Positions 52,601-64,000 of a stretch of DNA of 64,000 bases are shown here, piece after piece. The DNA comes from Blepharisma stoltei ATCC 30299 (Eukaryota; Protista; Ciliophora): assembly GCA_965603825.1 (NCBI GenBank), contig CBFDEM010000026.1:1-64000 (forward strand), read 5' to 3'. The translations under genes were made by a program, and so were the position numbers. The stretch's first letter is position 1. Each line of letters begins with the position of its first letter. The notes under the pieces are model-generated. The model was given only the letters and a program-made list of their open reading frames with translations. It did no database searches and was not told the origin of the DNA.

Positions 52601-55600
52601 AAATTGGGTTTTTCCTGTCAAAGAATTCATCTGGTCTGTCACAGACACCTCAAAAGTATAAGTCCCAGGTGCAAAAGTATTGGCTGGACAAAATAGTGTA
52701 GAAGCAATACTTTGGACGCCCCAAAGGTAGCTTTCACTGACACTGCCGGTAGAATCAGTTAATTTTCATTCATATAATAGCTGATCTGACATCTGGCAGC
52801 CACTTATAGCTTTTACATTAATTGATTTGCTTTGGCTTGTCTTCAGCACATACTTTATACTGGTATCAAATATCAGCTTAAGCCCTTTCCCATATATCAA
52901 TGATAAGGATGTTGTCGTAGATGCTGAAAACCCAAGCCAATTTTGCACAGTCAAAGTTATATTTACTGATGAAGCTATTAAATTTGCCTTAGAAATGGCT
53001 ATATACTCTGTAGTATAGCTATAGCTCCCATACCCATCTAAAGCTGGGACATCAGGACTTGCAGAGATCGTCCACTTATATTGCAAAGGCCTGTTATACC
53101 CTCCACTAGAAGAAGTCGCGTCTAAGCTTAAATCATTGCACTCAATATACAGCTCTATAGGTGCTATAAGTGAAGCTATAGGCACAATATTCGGCTTTGT
53201 GTACGTAGACTGTACACTTACACTAACAGGACTTGGCAAAGCTCCACAAATGACTGTATTCGTATATAGCGTCATTGCCTTAAACACCAATGGTCCTGTC
53301 GTCACAGTCGCGTTTACACCCAAAGTTACAGTCAACGACAGCATATCAGTCGCCCATGCACAGGCAGGGGAAACCCCTAGACTGTTATATGAAGAACTGT
53401 CAAACAAGCTTGTACAAGCTGACGGCATAGATGTCTGAACTGCTTGTGACATAGTAAAAAGAATCCCTTGATATGTAGAAGTAAACGCCGCTGATATATC
53501 AGAAGCTTGTAAATGGTAATAACAAGGCGTACATTGGGTTAAATACTGCATATAGTTAGTAGAGCACACACAAGTATCTGTAGACGAATCATAAGTAGAA
53601 TGTTCAGCACAAGAGCACTGAGACCCCGCGCCTGAAGCTAAATTGACACATGCTGTACATTCAGCTGCTGTAAAACCAGTCAAGGTAGAATCGCCACATA
53701 AGGAGTCAAGATTAAGCTTACAGTTGCCATTGCGGACACAGCCAGTTGTACAAGATGCGTCACAGTTTATACAGGTCCCTGAATAGTATTGCAAATAGGT
53801 GCAGGAGGTTAAACAGTCGTTGTCAGATGTGCAAGCAGTGCAGCCACATGCAAAAGTAGGTGTTGAAGGGGTAATGGCATAGTTGTAGATTTTTATTTCG
53901 TAGAGGTAACCTTTAAAAGACTGGGTTAATGATACACTTTTGCCGACTGTGAAGGTGTCTGATGTAAGGTCATCTAGAAAAGAATTGGCTATTGAAGAAA
54001 TGGTCCCACTTGTCCCATCTACGTATACAACTGCTTGTGTAGCATAGCCTATACGTTGGACGACGACTGCAAAATTGTGCCAGACATCCCAAGCAGAAAT
54101 GGCGGTCGCTGTAGCTGATAAAGTGCTAGCGCTTGATGTTTGGTCATCATATATTCTGTATTTAGAAGTAAGAACTTTAGTAGATTTGTCTATATAAAGC
54201 CCTGCTTTTATATTCCCACTTCCTTCTTTGGCGAATAGGTAAAGGTTTTGGGTGTTTGATAGAGGTCTTGCCCATATAAAAATACTATGGGTGTTCCCAA
54301 GCTGTATTGAGGACGAGTCTGCTGAGTTTGGAGGGAGCTTCACATAGCTAGACCCAGTAAAATACAGCCCTAAATACAAAATCGGATATGGGTCATTTGA
54401 GTCAAAACTTCCCAAATAGCTACTAGTCGACCCCATATACGCAATTTTCCCACTCACAAGATCCGCGACACTATTACTAATTTTTTTGAATTTATAATGC
54501 ACAATCAAAGAGCTCGCTTTATTTGCTGTACAAGTCCCTGAAGACGCTGTATAGCCTATAGGGCATGAACTTGTACACAGTTTTCCTTCAGGATTTATAT
54601 AATACCCTGAATTACACGTAGAGCAGTCTCCATTATGTTTATTAGTGCACGACGCACAGTTAGAAAAGCATGCTGTACATGACAAAGAAGCAGTATCATA
54701 AAAAGCTGACCCTATGCATTGGCAGACTCCCATAGAGTTCATAGATGCATTTGTAATGCACTGGGTGCAGGTTGATGCTGCAAAGTCTGTACATTTGTAG
54801 CATAAAGAGTCATTGCAGAGGTTACAGTCACTATTTCTGACACAGCCTTTGGTACAGGAACCGGAACATGACAAGCACCCTGAGCTGTAATAAGTGGAAA
54901 TAGGACAGTTTACAATGCAAGATTTAGTCGTGGATGGACAAACACTGCAGCCTGAGCAAGAAGTCCAGACTTCTGAGGTAAGGGACTGAGAGGTGCTTCA
55001 GACTTTCATTTCGAAGATAAAGCCTTTGTAGTAGGAACCTAAAGTACTAGGAGCTGTATTTTGGGCACCAAGGGTGAAGGTGTAGGAGGATTGGAGATCT
55101 TCAAAGAACCCAGTGCCAAGGTCGCCTTGACTTGAGTCTTGGTGACTGTTTACCGTGCATTGAATATAGCTGTTTAGTCCTGAAATTGTGACGGTAAACC
55201 CAAAGAAATTCCATGCAGTTGTAGATAAGGCATTCCCACATGTATAAGTAGCACTGCCAACCCCTTTGACATAAATAGAAATCACGGGGTATCCAGACCC
55301 ATTTATAGTGGCATCAAGATAACTTGTTGCAGTCGAACTATCCTGCTTAGAAAAAATCGTCCCTGAGTTTTGTGATGGATTTATCCACATTCCTATTGTA
55401 GATTTCGGGCTAAAAACCAGCTGCAAATTATTATTCGAATTCGTCACAAAATTCATCACAGAATTTACCCCATTAAAATAATATCCTCTATATTGAGAAG
55501 GATAAGGGTCATCTGAGTCATAAGTCGGGTAAAACGCTGAGCTTGACCCTGTAGTTATCGAAATCCCTTTCACAGAATCCGTGATCGTCCCTTGTATCTT

Positions 55601-58600
55601 TACAAATATCGCATCAAAAACTAGTCCAACTGCCCCATTACAAGTCCCAGAGCCTGCTGTAAACCCAGTAGGACAAAATGACATACAAACAGTCTGTATC
55701 ATATAAGCCCCTGATGCACACGTGGTACACCCTGTTGTTACTGTTGATGTACAGCTGCTACACAAGCTAGGACACTGTAAGCAAGACTGACTTGCTGAAT
55801 CATAAATATACCCTGCCACACATTCACAAGTACTTCCAGTACCTGACGAAAACTGGGCATTTGTAACACAAGCAGTGCAGCCTGTGCTTGTATAGTCTGT
55901 ACAAGTATAGCATAAAATATCATAACAAAGGTTGCAGGTCGTCCCTTTTACACAAGTATTGCTGCTACAGCCACTGCAGCTTTGGCAGGCTGAGCCGTCC
56001 CAGTATTCGTTATAGGCACAGTTTACTATACAAGAGGTAGAGGCTAAACAGACTGAGCAGCCACTGCAGCCACTTGTGGTCATTTCTGAGGAATAGCTGG
56101 TGACCACGTTTTGTCATATTTTTAGTGTATAGAGAAAGCCTGTGAAAAAGGTGCCTAAGGTTCCTGCACTTACGTATTCTGCACCTAATGCAATGGTAAA
56201 TGCCCCATTATTGTCAATAAAATAGTCAACTGCGGCGTTAACAGTGGCGTCTGTAGCGCCATTTAATATAAATGCAGCTGCAGTGTTGCCGTCTGAGAGA
56301 ATTGTAATTTGGACTGCAACATGCCACCATGTAGATGTAGTGAGAGTTGAGGAAGATGAAACTGAATAAGTAGTCCCTGATGTCAAGGTTATTGAAACAC
56401 TCATTGCTCCACTGGCTATTGCCAGAAGGATAGAAGTGTCGACTGTACTTTGGTCTTGCTTAGAAAAAATTGCACCGTCACTGCTTGGGTTAACCCACAT
56501 AGAAAATGTTATTTTTGAAGGGAAAGTTAGGGTGTTACCAGCAGAGTTAGCATTTATATTGACCACGGAAGCGCCATTAAAATAATACCCACGAACATCA
56601 GCTGCTAAGGGGTCGTCACTGTCATAAGTAGGATAAAAAGAAGTTGAAGACCCAGTTACCAGCTTAAAGCCACTGACAGAATCTGTCAAGGATCCTAAAA
56701 TTTTATTAGTAAAATCAATTGCAAAAATCTGCCCTATCCCACTATTACAAAGCCAATTGGTAGAATCAGCAGTAAACCCATATGGGCAAAAATCTAAGCA
56801 TTCTCCAAGTGTCATATAATAATTAGACATACATTGTGTGCAAGAATTATGTATCTGTGTCGTACACACCTGACAGCCAGCCGTACACACCAAACATGTC
56901 TCTGAGCTTGTATCAAAAAAATAAGGATTCCCACACACACAGGACCCAGAAGTACTTGTAGCATGAGTCTTGCAGGTCGTGCACGAGGTCGAGCTAAAAT
57001 CAGTACAAATCGAACACACTGGGTCATAGCACAAATTGCAATAATTCGCATTTAGACACCCTGTCGTGCAAGATGCTTTGCAGGTTCCACATGACGGTGT
57101 TGTAGGGTCATAATAGTCCCCAATATTGCATTCAGGAAGACAGATTGATGCAGCAGAAGGGCAATACGTACAAGAGGTCGGATTTGAGATGCAGAGTGAA
57201 TTAGTAATTCCCCAGTCTGTGTCTGTATTTATGATATTGTTCCAGATTTTTAGCTCATATATAAAGCCTTCATAGAAATTTGTACGAGTGGTTTGGTCAC
57301 TCCAAGCAGCGCCTATAGTAAATAAATAGTTAGAAGTGGCGTCTAAGAAATAGTCATCAGATTCAGTATAGGTTTTAACAGGGGATGCATTTATATAGGA
57401 TATTATTTCAGTGCCGACAGAGGTTTGGATATTTAGGGTATAAGAAATATGGCTTCATGTGTCTAGAGTTAGTGTTGTCCCTGAAGAGTCGACTGTGACT
57501 GTAGCCCCTAGATTTATGAAATAAACCGTCAATTTTGGCTCAGAACTTACAATTTCATACACAAAAGAAATAGGGACAGAGGCAGAATCCCCTTGTTTAG
57601 CTATCAAAGTGCCGTCAGCAGCTGGCCTTATTCATATCGCAATAGTAAAATCTGACCCCAGCGTCAGCTGGGGCGTATTATATTCTGTAAAAGGCGACAG
57701 AATCACATAAGAATTAGCAGTTGCTGAAAAGTAATAGCCTCTTTTATAAGTCGCCCAAGGGTCATCAGAGTCATAAGTAGGATAAAATCCTGTCGTAGAC
57801 CCACCCCTCATCTGTATATTAAATGAGCTTTGGTCAGTCACAGTGCCACTTATAGTGTCAAAATTATAGCTTAAGACCAAGTCATTGGTCACATCACAAT
57901 AATGGTTTATATTATTTGTGGTATAGCCTGTAGGGCAGCTTGACAAACATATAGAATGGAACCAATAATAAGGACTGGCACATGCGGTACAGTCTAAATA
58001 ATTAACCCCATTGCACGCAGAACAGTGGGCTTCACAAGATGCACAGGTATCTGTAGTAGAGTCCCACGTATAGCCTGTATTACATACACAGTCAGTTCCT
58101 GAAAATCCTGCATTCGTGATACACTGTGTGCAGGTATTTGCGATAAAATCTGTACATTTATTGCATTGTTGGTCATAACATAAATTACATACGACATCTG
58201 CTCTTACACAAGGGACTGAGCCGCAGCCACAAGTTTGGCATGCAGATCCATCCCACCATTCGTTAAATGCACAGGTATTTATACAGGTTGCGGTGCTTGC
58301 TGGGCATTTTGAACATGTAAAACCACCACTTGTACAGGAAGATGTCAGGTCAGTGCATGAAGATTTATATTCGTTATAAAATTTCAGCTCATATAAAATC
58401 CCAGTCCAATAATTTCCTAATGTCCCTGAGCTTACATATTGGCCGCCTATTAAAAATTTAAAGCTGCTGGTTAGGTCTAAATAAAAACCAGTCCCCATGG
58501 TCTCAGCAGAAGAATCAGCGACTGCATTGATCCTGCATAACATATTAAGATCTCCATTAGACTGCAGATCTATTGTGAATTCTATTAAGTTTCAATTAGA

Positions 58601-61600
58601 GGATAAAGAATTTGAGCAGGTATGGGTCACAGAGCCAGCTTGTTGGAGGTAGATGGCTAGTGAAGGGGTAGAAGCAATAGTCATTTTTATATAAGAAGTC
58701 AAGGATGAAGAGTCCTGCTTGGACACTAAAACTCCTGAGGCTGAATGACTAACCCACGCTGCTATTGTAAACTCATTTCCAAATAAAAATAAAGGTGTAG
58801 AAGTCGCTGTATATGGAGGAAGACTCATAATGGACTGCCCTCTGAAGTAGTAGCCTCTATTTTGTATAGGATAAGGGTCATAGCTGTCATAGTTTGGATA
58901 GAAATTCATAGTATTCCCAGTCAGCACGGTCACACTATCCCCACTTGTATCAGTCACAACTGCTTGTATACCTACAGAATAGAATTTGACCTCAAAAGCT
59001 GGACTATGACTCAACGTACAAGTTCCGCTCCCAGCTGTATACCCAGTCGGACAAAAAGGGTGGCAAGCTCCATTTAGCGAATAATAGCTACTTGCACAGC
59101 TAGAACAATACATAAACCCAACTGCTGTGCATGCAGCACATGAGGAGTCACAAGCTGTACAAACCTCATTGGTAGAATCCCATGTATAGCCTGTACTACA
59201 GGCACAGCTAGAAGTAGTACTTGCATTAGTTATACACTGAGTGCAAGCACTGCTGGTATAGTCTGTACAAATTTTGCATTGTTGGTCATTACAAAGGTTA
59301 CATTTGTTATCAGTTCTGACACAGCCTATCGTGGCGCATGAAGATGCACAAGAAGTGCAGCCTGTCGCTGAAGGGCCTGTCCAGTATTTAGAAATAGGGC
59401 AGTTTGGGATGCAGGTGCCTGAGGATGGACAAACAGAACACCCTGAGGAGCAGCCAGAGGTAAGAATGCTTGATGTAGCTGAGTTTGCAGCGTTATCTGT
59501 GGTGATTTCGTAGATAAAGCCTGTAAAATAAGAAGAAAAATAGCCTGCACTTACATGTTTAGCACCTATAGTCACTGCGATGTTAGAAGTAATGTCATCA
59601 AAATAGCTGAACCCCATATCAGTGGCTGAGCTATCAGCGACTCCATTTACATAGCAAGTGACCAATGTATTTCCTGAGCCATTTATAGTTATTTTAAACC
59701 CAATATGATTCCACGAATTTAATGCCACTGTATTTCCACAGGTCATTGATTTACTGTTTACCAATTGTAAATAAATAGTCATTTTTGGGTAGCTAGAAGC
59801 CAGCTGGACACTGAAAATTTCATTATAGTTATTCGAAGAATCGTGCTTGGATAACAAATACCCAGTAGAAGCTTCTGGGTTTATCCAAATAGTAAATGTA
59901 AATTGGGGCGCTATGACGTAGTTAGGAGTGGTATAAGAGCTAAAAGACGGCAAATGCATAATAGAGCTGGTCCCATCAAAGTGGTAGCCTCGCAAATATG
60001 CTGGATATGGGTCATCTGAATCAAAAGAAGGATAAAAAGCAGACGAAGTCCCCGTAACTGCAGGAATTGAACTTTGGCTGTCATATACGACACCTTGGAT
60101 TTTGGTCAGCTGTAAGTCGAAAAATAGAGTAGGACTATTTGGGCTGCAAGTTTGGCCACTTATAGAGTAGCCTAATGGGCAATAATTTCTACAGAGCCCT
60201 GAAAGCTTGTAATAGCCAGTCAAGCAGGATGAGCAGCCTATATGAGTAGCATCTGTACACTGAGCACAGCCCGTCGGACATTTCGTGCACTCTTCTTTAG
60301 TCGTTGAAAAATAATACCCAGAATCACAAGCACATGGCGACGGTGACGCATTCGTAATACAAGAATCTAAGGCAGTGGGACACGATGTAAAATCTGTGCA
60401 TTTATAGCAAATTTGGCTTGCACAGAGATTGCAGGACTTGTCATACCTTACACATCCTTTTGTATAGCAGTTAGTATGGCAGGATTTACATGATGAAGAA
60501 GTAGTGTCCCAGTACTGGCTTAAGGTGCACAAGCTAAGACATGTCGCACTTCCTGGGCATTGGGTGCATCCTGCTTGTCCTGTGCAGCTTGTCAGTCTAT
60601 CCACAGTGGTAGGATTACTCACTATAGTCTTTCACAACTTGATGCTATATATAAATGCTCTTATAAAGTTTCCAAAAGTTGACTGATCTGTATGTGCAGC
60701 CCCTATATCATTAAGATAATTAGTCTGAGAGTCTCTTAAGCTTCCTGCCGCCACAAATTGGCTTGATGACACTGTAGAACTGTCTATATAACAGTTTGCA
60801 TAAGTTTTTTTGGCGCTGCTAGAATAAGTGGTCTGAATAACAATATAATACCATCTGTCGTTAGTTATGGCTGAAGGACATACATAACTTCCCGTAATTG
60901 TAGAGCCTCCACTGCCACTCTTGTAGACGTTAAGAGTTATCATAGGATAGTAGCCTGATAAGGTAATTGTATAATAACTGTCGACTGATGCAGAGTTTTT
61001 TTGCTTTGAAAAAATAGTCCCAGCTGGTGCAGTAGGCCATATTCAGGTACAGAAGGTGTTATCAGTGCCTATATATAGTTGAGCTGTAGCACTGCCTGAG
61101 TATGGAGGGAGCTGGATATAAGTGCTGCCTGAAAAATAGTAGCCTCTATCATAAGCAGCTAGAGGATCATAAGTCCCATAGGAAGGGTAAAAGCTATTGC
61201 TATTTCCGGTTAGTGCAACAATAGATTGTGCCGAGTCTGTAATTGTATCTTGTATTTTATCAAAAGTATATGCCAAAATCAAGCTTACGCTGGATACACA
61301 ACTAGTCCCACTTCCTGTATATCCATTTGGACACGTAGTATAGCATACTCCATTTAAATAATAAGAGCCTGTGCAAGACAAACAATCAGAGCTCGTTCCA
61401 CCATCACAGGTTGCACATGACGATTGGCAAGGCGTGCATACCTGATTTGTGCTGTCCCAATAATACGAATCATTGCATGTACATTGGCTGCTCACTAGTG
61501 CTGCATTTGACAAGCATGTAGTGCAGACTGCAGAATAATCAGAACAGACAGAACAAATTATATCGTCACAGAGATTGCAGATTGGCCCATCATCTCTGCA

Positions 61601-64000
61601 GCCTTTGGCTAAACAGTTAGAATGGCATGAGGAACAAGAGTTATAGTTGCTGCTAGTCCAATATTCGCCTATAGGGCAGGCTATTAGGCAGGTAGATGAA
61701 GCTGCTGGACAGGTGGAGCAGCCTCCTGAACAAGAAGTAGTCTGATAGTCACTTGTGGCTGACGAATAGGAGTTATCAATTAGGATTTTGTATATAAATC
61801 CAGTATAATAAGTGCTGTAGCTTGAGCTCGCAGTTTGCAAAGCAGCAATTGTGGAATAAAACCCACTGGCAGTATCCATAAAATAGTCAACCCCAAAATC
61901 AGTGCTTGCTGTATCAGAGATACCATTTACTGTACAGACTAACTCTGTATTTTGCCCTGAGGAGACTAATTGCATAGAAATCCCTATATGATTCCAGCTG
62001 GACGTTGTTATAGTATTTTCACAGGTAAAAGTTTTCTGTCCGTTAGTTTTCATATTTATATATATAGTCGGTTTTGAGCTTACTATAGAAAAAGTAAAAA
62101 TATTCGCAAAAGAGGAGTCAACTTTACTTATCAAAGTCCCATCAGAAGAAGGGTTTACCCAAGCTTGGATCGTCAGTTCTGGGGCTAAGGTTAACAAAGG
62201 TGTTGTATAAGAGCTATAAGGTGCAAGATGCATAAGGGAAGCTGAGCCGTCAAAATAATACCCTCTCTTATAAGCTGCTTTGGGATCATTAGTTTCATAG
62301 CCAGGATAAAAAGTAGAAGAAGTCCCAGTGATCACATTTAAAGAATTAGCAGACTCTGTGATTACTCCACTAAGAGAGCTAATCACAAGATTTAACGCAA
62401 CAGTTGAGGTATTAGCATCACAGATATTAGTCCCACTATTTGCTGTATATCCTAAAGGGCAAAAACTGCTGCAAACTCCTCCTGCTATCAGATATGTCCC
62501 GCTGCCGCAAGCAGTACAGTAAAAGATGCAGCCACTGCAAACTTCATTTGTGGTGTCCCATAAATATCCTGTACCACACGAAGTACAAGGCGCAGTCGCT
62601 GAATTTGCATTAGAAATGCAATCTATACAGCTGCTCCAGTTATCACAAGTTTTACAGTATTGGGTTGCACATAAATTGCAATTCTTATCATTCCTTACAC
62701 AGCCTTTAGAAGTGCAGGCTGAGTCACAAGTTAACCATGAAGACGTCCCACTGTCATAGTATTTATCAATCCCATAAGCAGCTAGGCATGCCCCGTCAGG
62801 AGGACAATAGCCGCAAGAAGAAGTGCAACCCGATGTCAAGTAATCATAGGAAGTTAGGTCGGCATTTGTATTTCAGATCCTTAAACTATATATAAAAGTA
62901 TCTATTAAGGAATTAGTAGGGGAAAATGAACTGTCATAATCAGCTCCAATTCATATCTTATAGCCAGAATAGTTGTCATTGAAATAATCACTATAAATAC
63001 CAGTAGAAACTTGAGCTCCATTAATATAAAAATATACATCTGATTGCACTGAAACAGTATATGAAACTGAAGCACCTATGTTATACCATTGTGAGGTACC
63101 AATTGCTGTAGCACCACTTTTTGCTTCTACATTATTTGAAGAACCTATATTTAATGTTAGGTATGGAGTATTGCCACTTAGGCCGTAATAAAGATAATAA
63201 GTGGAAGTGCTAGAGCTGCTTTTTTTAACTAAAATATTTCCACTTGTTGAGGAATGAGTGTAAATCCATACTGAAATGGCAAAGTCAGGCGCAAAATTAA
63301 TTGAGTTACCTGAATCAAGGTTGTTAGGAGGAAGCTGCATATATTTTGACCCAGCGAAATAATAGCCACGGCCCTCAGAGGGATAAGGATCATATGTATC
63401 GTAGGTTGGGTAAAATGTGCCGCCTGTGCTTCCTACAGCGACTTTTATGGAATTCATAGAATCAGTTACTGGATCTTCAATGTTTTTTAAAACAATGTTA
63501 AAAACTTCACTTCCTGGTATTTGGCAATTACAAGAACTATCTGCGGTAATTCCTGTAGGGCATTGGTCCATTGTTATCGCAGAATTATAAGTATAAGGCC
63601 CACAAGCTAAATTTCTTTTTTTATGGGCACATGCATCATGAAGCAGCCATGGCGCGCAGCTTTTCTCACAATTTTTACAGTCATTTTTAGCTTGGTCTGG
63701 GATTTCAACACACGAAATTTCTGATGGAAAATTTTCGATTGCAATTTCTATATAAATAAATCCTTTAAAGGAATTTTGATTTTCAGAGAAACTCCCGATT
63801 AGCCAAATTAAGAGAGGATTTTCAGTTTCTCTTGGTTTTAGCAATAATCCGAGGCTTTGCCAGCCATCTGGAAAATAGCTAGATAAACAACTAAGTTCGT
63901 CGGATTCTTTCAGTTTTTCCTTATCATGAATTCAAAATTCCGCTGACAAGCTTTTGGTTTCTTGGCTGAATTTAATATATATTTCTTTCTGATCTGATGG
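49697..64000 (-). CDS. Giant polycystin-1/REJ-like surface protein (5' end beyond window), >=4,767 aa: at least nine LamG-like + Cys-rich units, REJ-like region, GPS motif, several TM helices
   Basis: Nine track ORFs share one frame and are separated only by TGA. I checked the gaps by hand and found no TAA/TAG; the frame is open to 64000. Repeat motif GxxxxFYPxYDxxDPxxxxxRGYYF; REJ-like LSLDATSSSGG..LQYKW and PPSGGSFSVSP; GPS CVYYDNNAWSTSGC..CRCSHTSLFS. Confidence 0.9.

Noticed and set aside
54400-63500. Nine array genes matching nine repeat units in the giant protein
   Set aside because: The giant gene is incomplete in this window and the array copies are far younger than the diverged units, so the match in number is coincidental.
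2583-64000. Fragmented ORFs read as pseudogenes, or TGA read as selenocysteine
   Set aside because: The breaks are systematically in-frame TGA at Trp positions in unrelated genes. This fits code reassignment, not decay or Sec insertion.

Overview
This window is the left end of a heterotrich ciliate macronuclear chromosome, most consistent with Blepharisma. Three lines of evidence support this: a (CCCTAACA)n telomere at 1-554, 15/16-nt GT-AG introns, and in-frame TGA codons at conserved Trp positions (UGA=Trp, with TAA/TAG as stops). The supplied ORF track is therefore fragmented artificially. Re-read in this code, the window holds, in order: a degenerate integrase remnant next to the telomere; an F-BAR protein; an AGC kinase; a DUF4378/CAP350-like protein; a ~25-kb tandem array of nine ~440-aa secreted LamG/ConA-like + Cys-rich genes (5 intact, 4 disrupted); a small gene whose ATG is split by an intron; folC; an LNR + beta-helix + multi-TM gene interrupted by a 716-bp insertion with a 13-bp direct repeat; and a >=4,767-aa polycystin-1/REJ/GPS-like surface protein that runs off the window end. 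The most interesting element is the array. Its variation is concentrated in four aromatic-rich hypervariable segments and is shuffled between copies, which looks like a subtelomeric variable-recognition repertoire.
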